A stretch of DNA of 64,000 nucleotides from a virus: positions 256,001 to 320,000 of IMG/VR virus record IMGVR_UViG_3300045988_174371; one strand, given 5' to 3'. Below, in pieces: positions 42,204-51,038 of this stretch. Every line of letters begins with the position of its first letter. The first letter of the stretch is position 1. Under the pieces are notes generated by a model that worked only from the letters and a program-made list of their open reading frames with translations, was not told the DNA's origin and ran no database searches. The position numbers were made by a program, and so were the translations under genes.

Positions 42204-42358
42204 GAAAGTGGCGACAGTTGTCTAGCCTTAGTATGCCAGGGCTTCCACTCTTCCCACGTCTGCTCCCTCGAATCCTTGAAGAAGGGCTCGATAGCATCAC
42301 GAAGCTCCGCCTCATTGGGGGTGTTATCGGGGATGGGATGGGTCTGGTCTTCGGTCAC
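42185..42358 (-). CDS. Short ORF (57 aa), possible 5' remnant of the interrupted gene
   Basis: GTG at 42358 with GAAAGG 7 nt upstream. Encodes TEDQTHPIPDNTPNEAELRDAIEPFFKDSREQTWEEWKPWHTK... and stops inside the region upstream of tnpB. Confidence 0.3.
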   Translation of the reverse strand: MTEDQTHPIPDNTPNEAELRDAIEPFFKDSREQTWEEWKPWHTKARQLSPLSLVLRP

Positions 42359-42477
42359 GGTGCCGCCTTTCTGCTCTTCGAAACGTTGTGATGTACAGCA
42401 TACCACAGTATTCACCTGGGGCGCAAATACATGAAAAAGGGGCACCTTATTTTCAGGTGCCCCTTTGTGAAGGAGAG

Positions 42478-43065
42478 CTATTCTGCTACACTCTCTTCCG
42501 CATCTGAATCCTCCACCCAGATAACAGTGTCAGTCAGCATGGGTGCAACATCATAGAGGGAAAGTTGCCAGATGTACGAGATGGCGAGCGCAACGATAGA
42601 CGATAGTGGCAGGAATGCGTCGGTATTCATTGCCAGAGATAGAGATGCGCCGCCTACCGTGAGAATTGGGATGATGATAGTGAAGGCTCTGCCGTAATCC
42701 AGTGAGTTCCAGAACCCAATTCGAGCGGCATACTGCTTGGGGGTAAGCTCTTCATCATGACACCGGACGTATCCCTCCGACTTGGAGTATCTATACCTCA
42801 AGATATTGATTACCACTATAACCAGAATTAGTAGAGCCGTGCTGGACATGAAGTAGTCCACTGGTCGAATAGTCGATGACCTGAGGTTACCCAGTTGTAG
42901 CCATTGAAGGAAATACCAGAACAAAGTGTTCGCTGTCATGTACGCGCCTGCCTTGCGCAGTTTCTTGTTCCGCTCTTCCTTGGTTAGCTGTTTGAAGCTT
43001 GGATGAACCACCGCGCCCTCCTTGAGGGGGATAGCTTCTCCAGTTACAGAGTCGATTACTTCCAA
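42478..43065 (-). CDS. Integral membrane protein of unknown function
   Basis: Start moved to the TTG at 43065 (AAAGGAAC upstream), because the track start at 43164 lies inside the terminator hairpin. Four hydrophobic segments. Confidence 0.5.
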   Translation of the reverse strand: MEVIDSVTGEAIPLKEGAVVHPSFKQLTKEERNKKLRKAGAYMTANTLFWYFLQWLQLGNLRSSTIRPVDYFMSSTALLILVIVVINILRYRYSKSEGYVRCHDEELTPKQYAARIGFWNSLDYGRAFTIIIPILTVGGASLSLAMNTDAFLPLSSIVALAISYIWQLSLYDVAPMLTDTVIWVEDSDAEESVAE

Positions 43066-43121
43066 AATGTTCCTTTGTTTGCATGTGAATAAGTCGATAA
43101 CCGTCCTTATCGTACCACAAA

Positions 43122-43166
43122 AGATGCGGCATATAAACTCTTGGGTTGAGCTTATATGCCGCATCT
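43122..43166 (-). terminator. Rho-independent terminator
   Basis: 15-bp arms agatgcggcatataa / ttatatgccgcatct, followed on the minus strand by TTTTGTGG. Confidence 0.75.
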
Positions 43167-43178
43167 AAGGGCTCATAT

Positions 43179-43409
43179 TTAGAACTTGATTGGGTCGATA
43201 AGTGTCGCCCCTCCAACGCCAGTACCTCGCGTCTGAGTACGCGCCACATCAAGAGTGTTTAGTCGAATGACGCGAGTATCTACCTGACCTGCTCCACCCT
43301 CTACAAGGGGGACATCCGAGACTGGCTTCGGGTCTTTACTGACCTCCGTAGAATAGCCGCCTTCAGGCTCAGTGGGCTTCTTGAAAATCTTCACTAGTCC
43401 AGAGAACAA
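43179..43409 (-). CDS. Small hypothetical protein (76 aa)
   Basis: ORF with protein-like composition between a terminator and the upstream gene. No motif recognised. Confidence 0.4.
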   Translation of the reverse strand: MFSGLVKIFKKPTEPEGGYSTEVSKDPKPVSDVPLVEGGAGQVDTRVIRLNTLDVARTQTRGTGVGGATLIDPIKF

Positions 43410-43466
43410 AACGGAACCTTTCCTTGGGTGTTTCGTAGCATGTACTACTACTATAGCACCACGCTC

Positions 43467-44051
43467 CTAATAGTCGCTAAGCTGTTTCTTTGCAACTTCA
43501 AGCAGGATTGCGTACAGCTTCTCCGTTGCTTCAGGAGTCCCGCCAAGGGAACTGTGGAGCTTGTTGTACAGGTTGATACCTGCCTGCAACATCTCCTCGA
43601 AGGATGCATACTCCTTACCGGACTCGTCAGTCACAGCAACCATACCAATTTCAGCAAAGACGAAAGTGGGGTCTGCGGCAATGCCAAAGTCTCCGCGCTG
43701 AGCATACGCTTCCCGAGCAATATCCTCATAGATGCTTGCCATAGTGTTAGCGTAGGCGTTACCGCCGTGTGCTACCGCCTTGCGGAGGGTATTGGCGTTC
43801 TCCTTGATGATGGAGTCGTTGAGTGCATCTACTGCGTCTGCGGCAACTTCCTCTGAAGCCTGCGGGTAGGTATCCAGGTAACCGTCAATGGTCATAGCTT
43901 CCTGCATGTCAGTGTTCAGGGTGGGTTCGGGTGCGATGGGTAGGCGCATGTCGTTGCTGATTGTCCAGCGGGGGTTCTTGGCGAGGGCTTCCCAGATGCC
44001 AGACTTGGCGGCGGGAGCGATGAAAGCATTTGTAATCGAGTTGGTGTCCAT
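43467..44051 (-). CDS. Hypothetical protein (194 aa)
   Basis: TAAGGAG 7 nt upstream of the ATG at 44051 (track start 44108). No motif recognised. Confidence 0.5.
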   Translation of the reverse strand: MDTNSITNAFIAPAAKSGIWEALAKNPRWTISNDMRLPIAPEPTLNTDMQEAMTIDGYLDTYPQASEEVAADAVDALNDSIIKENANTLRKAVAHGGNAYANTMASIYEDIAREAYAQRGDFGIAADPTFVFAEIGMVAVTDESGKEYASFEEMLQAGINLYNKLHSSLGGTPEATEKLYAILLEVAKKQLSDY

Positions 44052-44186
44052 GTAAAACTCCTTAATCGGGGTTACGTAAAAATATCCTCTAGAAATATTG
44101 TACCACACATTTTATGCGAGTTGCAGGTGAAATGGTGGTGCAAGTTCATTACGCGCCCCTAGTCATAACCAGGCCCACGTTCACCC

Positions 44187-45047
44187 CTATATACAAGGCT
44201 CACACTTCACCACAAGATTGTACTTATAGCCAAACCCAAACGTATTACCGTATGCTGAAGCCCCATCATCTCCTACCTGTGCTCCAGCGCACGTAACAAG
44301 CCATAGTGACCTTGCGCCATCCCTGCGCCACATATCTTCAATGTCGGTCAGCTGACTCTGAGGAACCGTATACATCTGCGTTACATGCCACTGGGTCACC
44401 TTCCCCCCACCGTCAGTCACGAACACCCGCTCACAGCCCTTCAAGCGATGCAAGTACCCCCACGGGGACAAATAGTAGTTCTGCCTATTGACATGCCCCG
44501 CAAGGATTGTTGAGCCCTCTGCGGCTGAAATCCTATTCGACGGCGAATACCAAATACCGGAACCATCAGTTGTGATAGGTAGAACCATCTTCCCGCTCTG
44601 GACACCACTAGGGGTTAGCCTAGTAGAAACACCTAAGGATGGGATGCTCCACCCAAAGGCGGGGAGTCCCGCCGGAATATTAGCAGTAATCTTGTTGGCG
44701 TCCGCTTCGCAAGTAGGCTCATGCACGGGCTCAGCAGGCTCAGGGGCGTACAAGGTGTAGTCATCTAGCACAGGCATCTTTTCGTCACCCCCCGCATCTG
44801 GCGTAGGCTGATACACCGGCTGACCGGCATCACTCGTCGCAATAGGCGTAGCATCCTGATGTGTAGCCGTGTAAGGCACACGAATAGTGTTGTCTTTGCC
44901 GACATATGGGCGATATGTAGCCATACCCCACCAAGCGCCGCCACCAAGCGCCGCCGCCGCTCCACCAAACACCAGAGCACGCCTAGAAACTAGCGGACTC
45001 GACTTATTAGCTTCACTAGATGTAACATTCTCGCTCTGTTTACGCAT
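44187..45047 (-). CDS. Membrane-anchored sortase-family transpeptidase
   Basis: N-terminal TM segment ALVFGGAAAALGGGAWWGMA. His motif TILAGHVNR. Cys motif LWLVTCAG. Confidence 0.8.
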   Translation of the reverse strand: MRKQSENVTSSEANKSSPLVSRRALVFGGAAAALGGGAWWGMATYRPYVGKDNTIRVPYTATHQDATPIATSDAGQPVYQPTPDAGGDEKMPVLDDYTLYAPEPAEPVHEPTCEADANKITANIPAGLPAFGWSIPSLGVSTRLTPSGVQSGKMVLPITTDGSGIWYSPSNRISAAEGSTILAGHVNRQNYYLSPWGYLHRLKGCERVFVTDGGGKVTQWHVTQMYTVPQSQLTDIEDMWRRDGARSLWLVTCAGAQVGDDGASAYGNTFGFGYKYNLVVKCEPCI

Positions 45048-45144
45048 ACCACTACCATATCTGATATTCTAATAGGAACAGGTGAACACGAAAGAGTACC
45101 CCAAAGCAGGGGCACCTCACCTCGAATACTACAAAGGATAACAC

Positions 45145-45945
45145 ATGAAGAAGCCCGTGGCTCTAACCCTAATCACCCTAACCTTCGCGCTTTCCGCTTG
45201 CAGTGCACAGCAGGACGCAAGCAACCATACGACGAACAGCCCCAGCGCAATGGCAACCGCCACCGCATCTGCCACCCCGACTGCACCAATTACCGTAGAG
45301 CCCAGCAAGGACGCTGACCACCCTGAGCGCGCCCAGGGCAACGACTACGCCACCGGAATGATTGGCGCAGAGGAGCAGACCCCCGGAACTATCAGCACCG
45401 TAGCTCCTGACGCTACCGCCTCCCCTACCTCGAACGTCGTAGTACCCAACCCCGACCATAACGCTGTTGCAAGCGACGCAGACAAGCAGAAGCTCACTGA
45501 CATGCTGAACGCCCTTGAAGGTTCCCCTGTTATCTCAGGGAGGAATGTCGTCGCCCAGCCTCTACGCGAGTACAAGATTAAGCCCGGCGACAGTAAAGAG
45601 CAGAATGGCGAGCTATCAGCCAACAAGTATGCAGAAATCGTCATCCTAGATGACGTTAGCGAAGGCGGCGAGGAGTACGCCATCGTCTCCCCGCAAATCA
45701 AAGGCAACGAAGCGGACATCCGAGCTAATGGTCTACGCCCCGTCAGCCTCAACACTGCACGCGAAGCCATCAAGAACGACTATAACACTCGAATCCAGGG
45801 CTTCCTGCACTACGAACCGAACGCCACATACACCGGCGAAACCATCCTAGTGCTCCACGTGAAGCAGGCTAACCACGGAGCCTACGTCAAGGGCGGCGCA
45901 ACCGCTGTAGACTCAGCCCCCACCCCCACGAACACCCCTCAGTAA
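45145..45945 (+). CDS. Lipoprotein of unknown function
   Basis: MKKPVALTLITLTFALSAC has lipobox LSAC. AAAGGA upstream. Ala/Thr/Pro-rich linker followed by a globular domain. Confidence 0.75.
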   Translation: MKKPVALTLITLTFALSACSAQQDASNHTTNSPSAMATATASATPTAPITVEPSKDADHPERAQGNDYATGMIGAEEQTPGTISTVAPDATASPTSNVVVPNPDHNAVASDADKQKLTDMLNALEGSPVISGRNVVAQPLREYKIKPGDSKEQNGELSANKYAEIVILDDVSEGGEEYAIVSPQIKGNEADIRANGLRPVSLNTAREAIKNDYNTRIQGFLHYEPNATYTGETILVLHVKQANHGAYVKGGATAVDSAPTPTNTPQ

Positions 45946-45966
45946 CCAATAAACCCCATCAACTAG

Positions 45967-46002
45967 AAATGCCCCTCACCTCCGAAGAGGTGAGGGGCAT
46001 TT
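45967..46002 (+). terminator. Stem-loop terminator of the lipoprotein gene
   Basis: 16-bp arms aaatgcccctcacctc / gaggtgaggggcattt. Confidence 0.7.
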
Positions 46003-46262
46003 CAGCCAGCTACGAGCAAGCACCGCTGGATAGCGAAAGCATTACCAATCACAGACGGCGAGGTTGCAACCCCGGAACTAAGAACTCATTGGTGGGGTAT
46101 ACCATTCCATCCACCTGAGGTGTTCCAAGATGCGACAGATACACCGAATGCACACCAGCAGAAAACTCAAGCAAGGGCTGAAGACCCTACCGTAACCAAT
46201 GCCCTAGCAGGCACTTAACATGGTCGGTAGCTAAAACATCAACCATTACTTATTATAGCAGA

Positions 46263-46311
46263 AGAAATTCTCCCCCTGCAACCAGAAAAGGTTACTAGGG
46301 GGAGAATTTCT
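46263..46311. terminator. Stem-loop with T-tract on the plus strand
   Basis: 15-bp arms agaaattctccccct / agggggagaatttct, followed by TTTGTGG on the plus strand. It lies 100 nt beyond the stop of the minus-strand adhesin gene. Confidence 0.55.
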
Positions 46312-46409
46312 TTGTGGCGCTACAGCCCCATATGCGGCTTTAAACACTCTACTGCGGAGAACTTATGCCCTGCACAGTAGATGGAGCCGCTAAGAAGCTC
46401 CCAGGTGCT

Positions 46410-49118
46410 CTAGGAGGCATCCTCAGCGTTCTTCTTGCGACGCTTCGTGAAGTACACAGCGCCACCCGCAAGAGCCAGAATACCAATACCGCCAGCAACA
46501 GCCACAGTAGTAGCATCCATACCGGTAATACCGTAACCAGTGTCACCAGTCTCAGCCTTAGCCTTCTCAATAGGCTTAGGCTGTTCAGGCTTAGCAGGCT
46601 CAGAAGGCTTCGGGGTCTCGGGGGTTACAGGCGGAGGGGTAACCTTGGTGACAGTCATGTCGCAACCGTCAGTGTCTTCATCCACGGTAGCGTTCACCTG
46701 GCACTCCTTCGGAGGGGTGGTGGGGGTCGGGTCTTCCGGGGTGGGGTTATTCGTTAGCACGATAGTGTTGAGAATACCCTCAGAGGCGACACGAGCCATG
46801 TCAAGGTCGTTCTTGAGAGTGACCTCAACCTCAAACTCGACAGTCTCACCCGCCTTAAGCTCACCAATTTCCCAGACATTGCCGTTTACGACACCGCGAC
46901 CGTTAGTGTTCAGGAACTTCACCGAAGCAACATCGAACTGCGCGTTATCCGGGAACTCGGAGATAACAGCCTTCTCCATGTCAGCACCGGAGGCGTTCTT
47001 AGCCTGAGCCTTCCAACGCAAGGTAGCGCCCGGCTTCACCTCAGATGCAGGAGTCATCAGCTCCTTATTCACCTGACCAGTAATTTCCTTCACACGGTGG
47101 ATGGAAGTGACGATAGGCTTATTATTGATGGTCACAACACCAAGGTCACGCATCTCATCAGCCTTAAAGTCGTTCAGGGACTTAGACTCCACCTTAAGAG
47201 AGTAGGCGGAATTAACAGCCAGCTTACCCGGCTCCTTAGCGGTAGCGGTAACCACGTCAGCAACATGACCGTCAAAGTCGGTGCCAGTACCAGAGACGAG
47301 CTTACCCTTCTCAACCTTGATGTCGAAGAGGTTGGTTACGTCCTTGCCATCAGCGTCCACAACCTTAAGCTTATCCTCAGTAATGGACACCAGAGCACGC
47401 CAATTGCCGTCGCCGTCCTTCGCATACTCCACAAGGTCAGTGATGGAGAACTGCTCAGGTGCCTTCACGCCGGTATTGCCCGTAACGGTCTGAGTCGGCA
47501 AATCGTTACCAGCAGGAATAACAATGTCCTCGTTCGCAACGGTCTTCTCAGGCGCAACATTAGCCAGCTTAATGACCTTCTTGTTCACCTTAACCTCGGG
47601 AACCGGCTTCGGGGCAGGCTTAGCCACCGGAGGAAGCTCAGGGACAGGCTTCAGAGGCTTCAGCTGAGGCTTCACCGGAGCAACAGCGGTAGGCGCAACA
47701 GTGTTAGCGCTCAACATCAAGTGGTTGTAGGAAGCATCAATGGAGTAGTCGCTGTAGCGGGAAGCGCCGGTGTTCTGCGGGTCACCAATAACACCGTCAG
47801 TGCCAGGCACACCCTCATTGCCAGTGGTGCCGAAGAAGAACGTGCCACCATTCTCCATCAGGTAAGTGACACCCAGGTACTTCAACGCATCGTCGTTCTC
47901 ATCAAACACTGCGCCGCCCTGGTTCGAACCAGCCTTGATGTAGAAGCCACGGTCTACCAGCTGAGAAGCAGTACCGTGAACCTTCTGAGCCTCAGGCGCG
48001 ATACGAGAGTCCTTATTCACGAACGTAGCAAGGACACCCTTACCCGGCGCAGTAATCTCGTAACGAACAGCAGACTCAGTACCATTGTTCTCCTGAGCAT
48101 TCAGAGAACCAACAGTGTTGTAAATCTTCTTCTCGTACTTCTCACCAGTATCACCATAGGTGAAGTACAGCTGAACCTCAGAAGCGTAAGACTTCTGCAT
48201 AGCCACAATGTCATTGTAAGAAGAATAGACATCGTACATGTTCTGCCACTTAGGAGAACCATCAGCGCCTACCGGAGAGCCGTTCGGGTTGGATACGAAA
48301 CGAAGAATCTTCACTTCAACATCCAGAGGACGCTTCGTTTCCTTGTCAATCGCCACACCCTTGTACTTCATGGTCAAGTTCGGGTTGTTCGGGTCAAGGT
48401 TAGTGAAACGGTAGGCGTACTCAGACGACCAGCTATCCGGGAAGTCGGTACGGTCAGCGGTTGAGCCAGCCGGTGCCTTGCCGTTGATGGTTGCGAGGTT
48501 ATTCGGGCTATCTACAAGCTCGAAAGGCTGTTCCAGCGCAAGCTTATCAACGTTGTTGATAGCCTTGTACGGGTTAGCGTTGGATACCTGCTCAGCGTAC
48601 AGCTTGTCGTAAGCCGCCTTCGCCTCGTTGTACCGCTTGGTAGCTTCCTCGTTTTCCTTGGTAATCTTCTCGTTCTCAGCCTTGATGTCAGCAATCTGCT
48701 TCTCAATCTGAGAGCGGTCAGCATTAGCCTTCTCAGCCTTCTTAGCGTCAGCCTTATTATCAGCGATGGTCTTTACAGCTTCACGCAACTTGGCAATGGT
48801 GGCAGTACTTTCCTTCTTAGCCTCAGCAACCTTAGCCTCAGCCTCAGCCATAGAAGAAACAGTCACCTCCTGAGTCTCACCAGCAGACACCTTGACACCC
48901 TGCGCCTCAGCCGCCTTCACAGCCTCATCAAGCGCAGAATAATCAACAGGGATGTCCTGCGTGGTCTTACCGTAAGCCTCAGCAGACACAGCACCCTCAT
49001 ACTTGAGGGGCTTCGCCTCATCGGTCGTGATGGCATTAGCCGCACCTGCAACAGAGGTCGTGCCAATAAGTGCAAGACCGACACCAGCGGTCATCTTCTT
49101 CATAGAACTCTTAGACAT
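46410..49118 (-). CDS. Wall-anchored adhesin with antigen I/II-like domain order
   Basis: Signal peptide MSKSSMKKMTAGVGLALIGTTSVAGAANA (GAGGAG upstream). The order is an Ala/Lys/Glu coiled-coil region, a central beta-rich domain, a Pro-rich segment PVKPQLKPLKPVPELPPVAKPAPKPVPE, then Ig-like C-terminal domains. The C-terminus has KAKAETG, a hydrophobic segment and KRRKK. Confidence 0.7.
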   Translation of the reverse strand: MSKSSMKKMTAGVGLALIGTTSVAGAANAITTDEAKPLKYEGAVSAEAYGKTTQDIPVDYSALDEAVKAAEAQGVKVSAGETQEVTVSSMAEAEAKVAEAKKESTATIAKLREAVKTIADNKADAKKAEKANADRSQIEKQIADIKAENEKITKENEEATKRYNEAKAAYDKLYAEQVSNANPYKAINNVDKLALEQPFELVDSPNNLATINGKAPAGSTADRTDFPDSWSSEYAYRFTNLDPNNPNLTMKYKGVAIDKETKRPLDVEVKILRFVSNPNGSPVGADGSPKWQNMYDVYSSYNDIVAMQKSYASEVQLYFTYGDTGEKYEKKIYNTVGSLNAQENNGTESAVRYEITAPGKGVLATFVNKDSRIAPEAQKVHGTASQLVDRGFYIKAGSNQGGAVFDENDDALKYLGVTYLMENGGTFFFGTTGNEGVPGTDGVIGDPQNTGASRYSDYSIDASYNHLMLSANTVAPTAVAPVKPQLKPLKPVPELPPVAKPAPKPVPEVKVNKKVIKLANVAPEKTVANEDIVIPAGNDLPTQTVTGNTGVKAPEQFSITDLVEYAKDGDGNWRALVSITEDKLKVVDADGKDVTNLFDIKVEKGKLVSGTGTDFDGHVADVVTATAKEPGKLAVNSAYSLKVESKSLNDFKADEMRDLGVVTINNKPIVTSIHRVKEITGQVNKELMTPASEVKPGATLRWKAQAKNASGADMEKAVISEFPDNAQFDVASVKFLNTNGRGVVNGNVWEIGELKAGETVEFEVEVTLKNDLDMARVASEGILNTIVLTNNPTPEDPTPTTPPKECQVNATVDEDTDGCDMTVTKVTPPPVTPETPKPSEPAKPEQPKPIEKAKAETGDTGYGITGMDATTVAVAGGIGILALAGGAVYFTKRRKKNAEDAS

Positions 49119-49390
49119 AGTTCGAATCTCCTCATAGGGGAAGTGTGAATGAACGAGTTATGCCACTGAACCTAAGCGTTGAACCTAGTCAAACACCCCG
49201 GCAGGCAAAGAAACATCACCCCTAGCCAGTGCATATACACAACTATATAGCATCAGCACCCGCCGTGCATACCCCGAAGGCACAGGGAAAATAAAGAACC
49301 CCCGAAAATGTTCCCAGGGCACAGAATGAGTGGGGAGCTAATTCGAACACTCGAACTAACACCCCACTCATTGCCATATTGAGTTATGAG

Positions 49391-49462
49391 AGCCGGTTGT
49401 CGGAATCGAACCGACGACTTGCAATTTACGAGATTGCCGCTCTACCACTGAGCTAAACCGGC
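49391..49462 (-). tRNA. tRNA-Thr (anticodon CGU)
   Basis: GCCGGTT TAGCTCAGTGGTAGAGC GGCAAT-CTCGTAA-ATTGC ... GTCGGTTCGATTCCGAC AACCGGC U. No encoded CCA. Confidence 0.9.
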
Positions 49463-49561
49463 ATGAACAACGAAAAGAGCGAAAACACACCATTGCTCTA
49501 AGGATAGTACATGCGTACCATCAATACGTGTAATACAAAGGTTAGTACTTCTCGTTGCCCG

Positions 49562-49635
49562 TCGGGATGACAGGATTCGAACCTGTGACCCTCTGCTCCC
49601 AAAGCAGATGCGCTACCAAACTGCGCCACACCCCG
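49562..49635 (-). tRNA. tRNA-Pro (anticodon UGG)
   Basis: CGGGGTG TGGCGCAGTTTGGTAGCGC ATCTGC-TTTGGGA-GCAGA ... CACAGGTTCGAATCCTGT CATCCCG A. The C1-G72 pair is typical of tRNA-Pro. Confidence 0.9.
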
Positions 49636-49785
49636 GAAAGATAAGCTCTAAGACTGAATGATGAACGCATTCGATAGTGTCCAGCATTCTGACTAGCGCT
49701 TACTTTACCAGCTGAAAGCTATGAGGCTCTATCCCGCTAGGGGACGCTAACCTCATAGCCCCAACCGGCTTTGGTCTTAATTATC

Positions 49786-50571
49786 TTACCCCAAGCTTGC
49801 AGACAATTGCAAGTCACGAGACTCACTTTCCCGTATGACATGCATCACACCAGCCCAGTCAAGCCTGAAAGTCTCTACAGTACATAGCAAACTGTCAAGA
49901 GGAATCGGATAGAAGTAAGCCATACAGCACCTCAGGAACTCTGCTACCAGCGGCAAATCGGCGTTAAGGCAGATGTCGAATAGGTCACGGTTCTCGCCCT
50001 CAGCGATGGGTAGGAGCCAGTCGGTTGAGGTGCTCAGGAAGTCCTCGATAACTTTTCGAGCATGTCCTTCAGGCGTATCCGCCTGCAAGTCCACTTCCTT
50101 ATTCTTAATAACCTCAACGTCCCCGAAGTCTGCGCCATTCACTTTAGGGATGACATACAGTTGCAGGAAGTTGTAGATAGGGTTGGAAATCTCTGGTGAT
50201 AGCAGGAGCGCCCGAGCGTCCGCAGGAACATTCCAGCCCGTAGCGTCGATAGTTGCCGCCGCTTTCCCAGAAACACCATCGCCCTTTACCGTGGTACCCT
50301 CCGCATCATCTCCCTCAGAGTCACCTGTAGTCGTGATACCAGCTTCCGCTAGGATGTTAGCGAGTGTAAAGTCCTCCTCTGAGGGGATGTACCCCTCAGG
50401 TCGGGCGCGCCACAAGAAAATGCCTGTAACATCGAGCACTCTATGCCCCGAACTCTCAGCGGAATCTGAAACCGGAGTCATATTCACGATAGGGATACCA
50501 GCCAAATACTGAAAGTCCAGACCAGGCTCTTCGGGCTTCGTCGGACTCAAAGGAGTTGAGTGATTACTCAT
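49786..50571 (-). CDS. Hypothetical protein (261 aa), translationally coupled to the upstream small gene
   Basis: The ATG at 50571 overlaps the TAA of the upstream ORF (TAATG). No motif recognised. Confidence 0.5.
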   Translation of the reverse strand: MSNHSTPLSPTKPEEPGLDFQYLAGIPIVNMTPVSDSAESSGHRVLDVTGIFLWRARPEGYIPSEEDFTLANILAEAGITTTGDSEGDDAEGTTVKGDGVSGKAAATIDATGWNVPADARALLLSPEISNPIYNFLQLYVIPKVNGADFGDVEVIKNKEVDLQADTPEGHARKVIEDFLSTSTDWLLPIAEGENRDLFDICLNADLPLVAEFLRCCMAYFYPIPLDSLLCTVETFRLDWAGVMHVIRESESRDLQLSASLG

Positions 50572-50861
50572 TAGAAGGGTGCCTCCTGACGCGCATCAAC
50601 TAGACCAGCCACATATGAAAGCGCCTCTACAGGGGTAGGAGCCCGGTTAAGGTTCCTTGAATAAGCGATAGCTTCCACAGCAAGCGCCTCAGCTGGAGTG
50701 CCAGAATAATTCCTGCTCCTATATAGCTTCTGCGCCACAGCGGTCAATGCACCACTCTCATCGGCATTCAGGCGAGCCTGCCAGAACCCCACGGTGAGGG
50801 TGGTCATCGGGACACGCCGCAAAGCACCTTGTGTACGGCGAGAAAACTTATGATAAGCCAT
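50571..50861 (-). CDS. Small hypothetical protein (96 aa)
   Basis: GGAGG 5 nt upstream of the ATG at 50861 (track start 50996 rejected). Sequence MAYHKFSRRTQGALRRVPMTTLTVGFWQARL... Confidence 0.5.
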   Translation of the reverse strand: MAYHKFSRRTQGALRRVPMTTLTVGFWQARLNADESGALTAVAQKLYRSRNYSGTPAEALAVEAIAYSRNLNRAPTPVEALSYVAGLVDARQEAPF

Positions 50862-50948
50862 ACATCCTCCAAAGGTAGTAGCGAACCTATTAGCACTAAA
50901 CATGGTACCACTAAACCCACACCCACGCACCTTAACCGGAAACACCTG

Positions 50949-50999
50949 AGACAAAAAGGATGGGGAACCTAAGCGTGAAAACCTTAGGTTCCCCATCCT
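50949..50999 (-). terminator. Rho-independent terminator closing the paralogue array
   Basis: 17-bp arms aggatggggaacctaag / cttaggttccccatcct, followed on the minus strand by TTTTTGTCTC. Confidence 0.8.
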
Positions 51000-51038
51000 G
51001 TAGTGCCCCTATTCGCTGGCTAGGAGCATCGTCCGAAA

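Larger units (their letters stand above)
40507..42210 (-). mobile_element. TnpB-only IS200/IS605-type element (ends not defined)
   Basis: tnpB has no adjacent tnpA. There are short ATTGGTA repeats upstream and stem-loops over the 3' end. The boundaries given are approximate. Confidence 0.5.
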
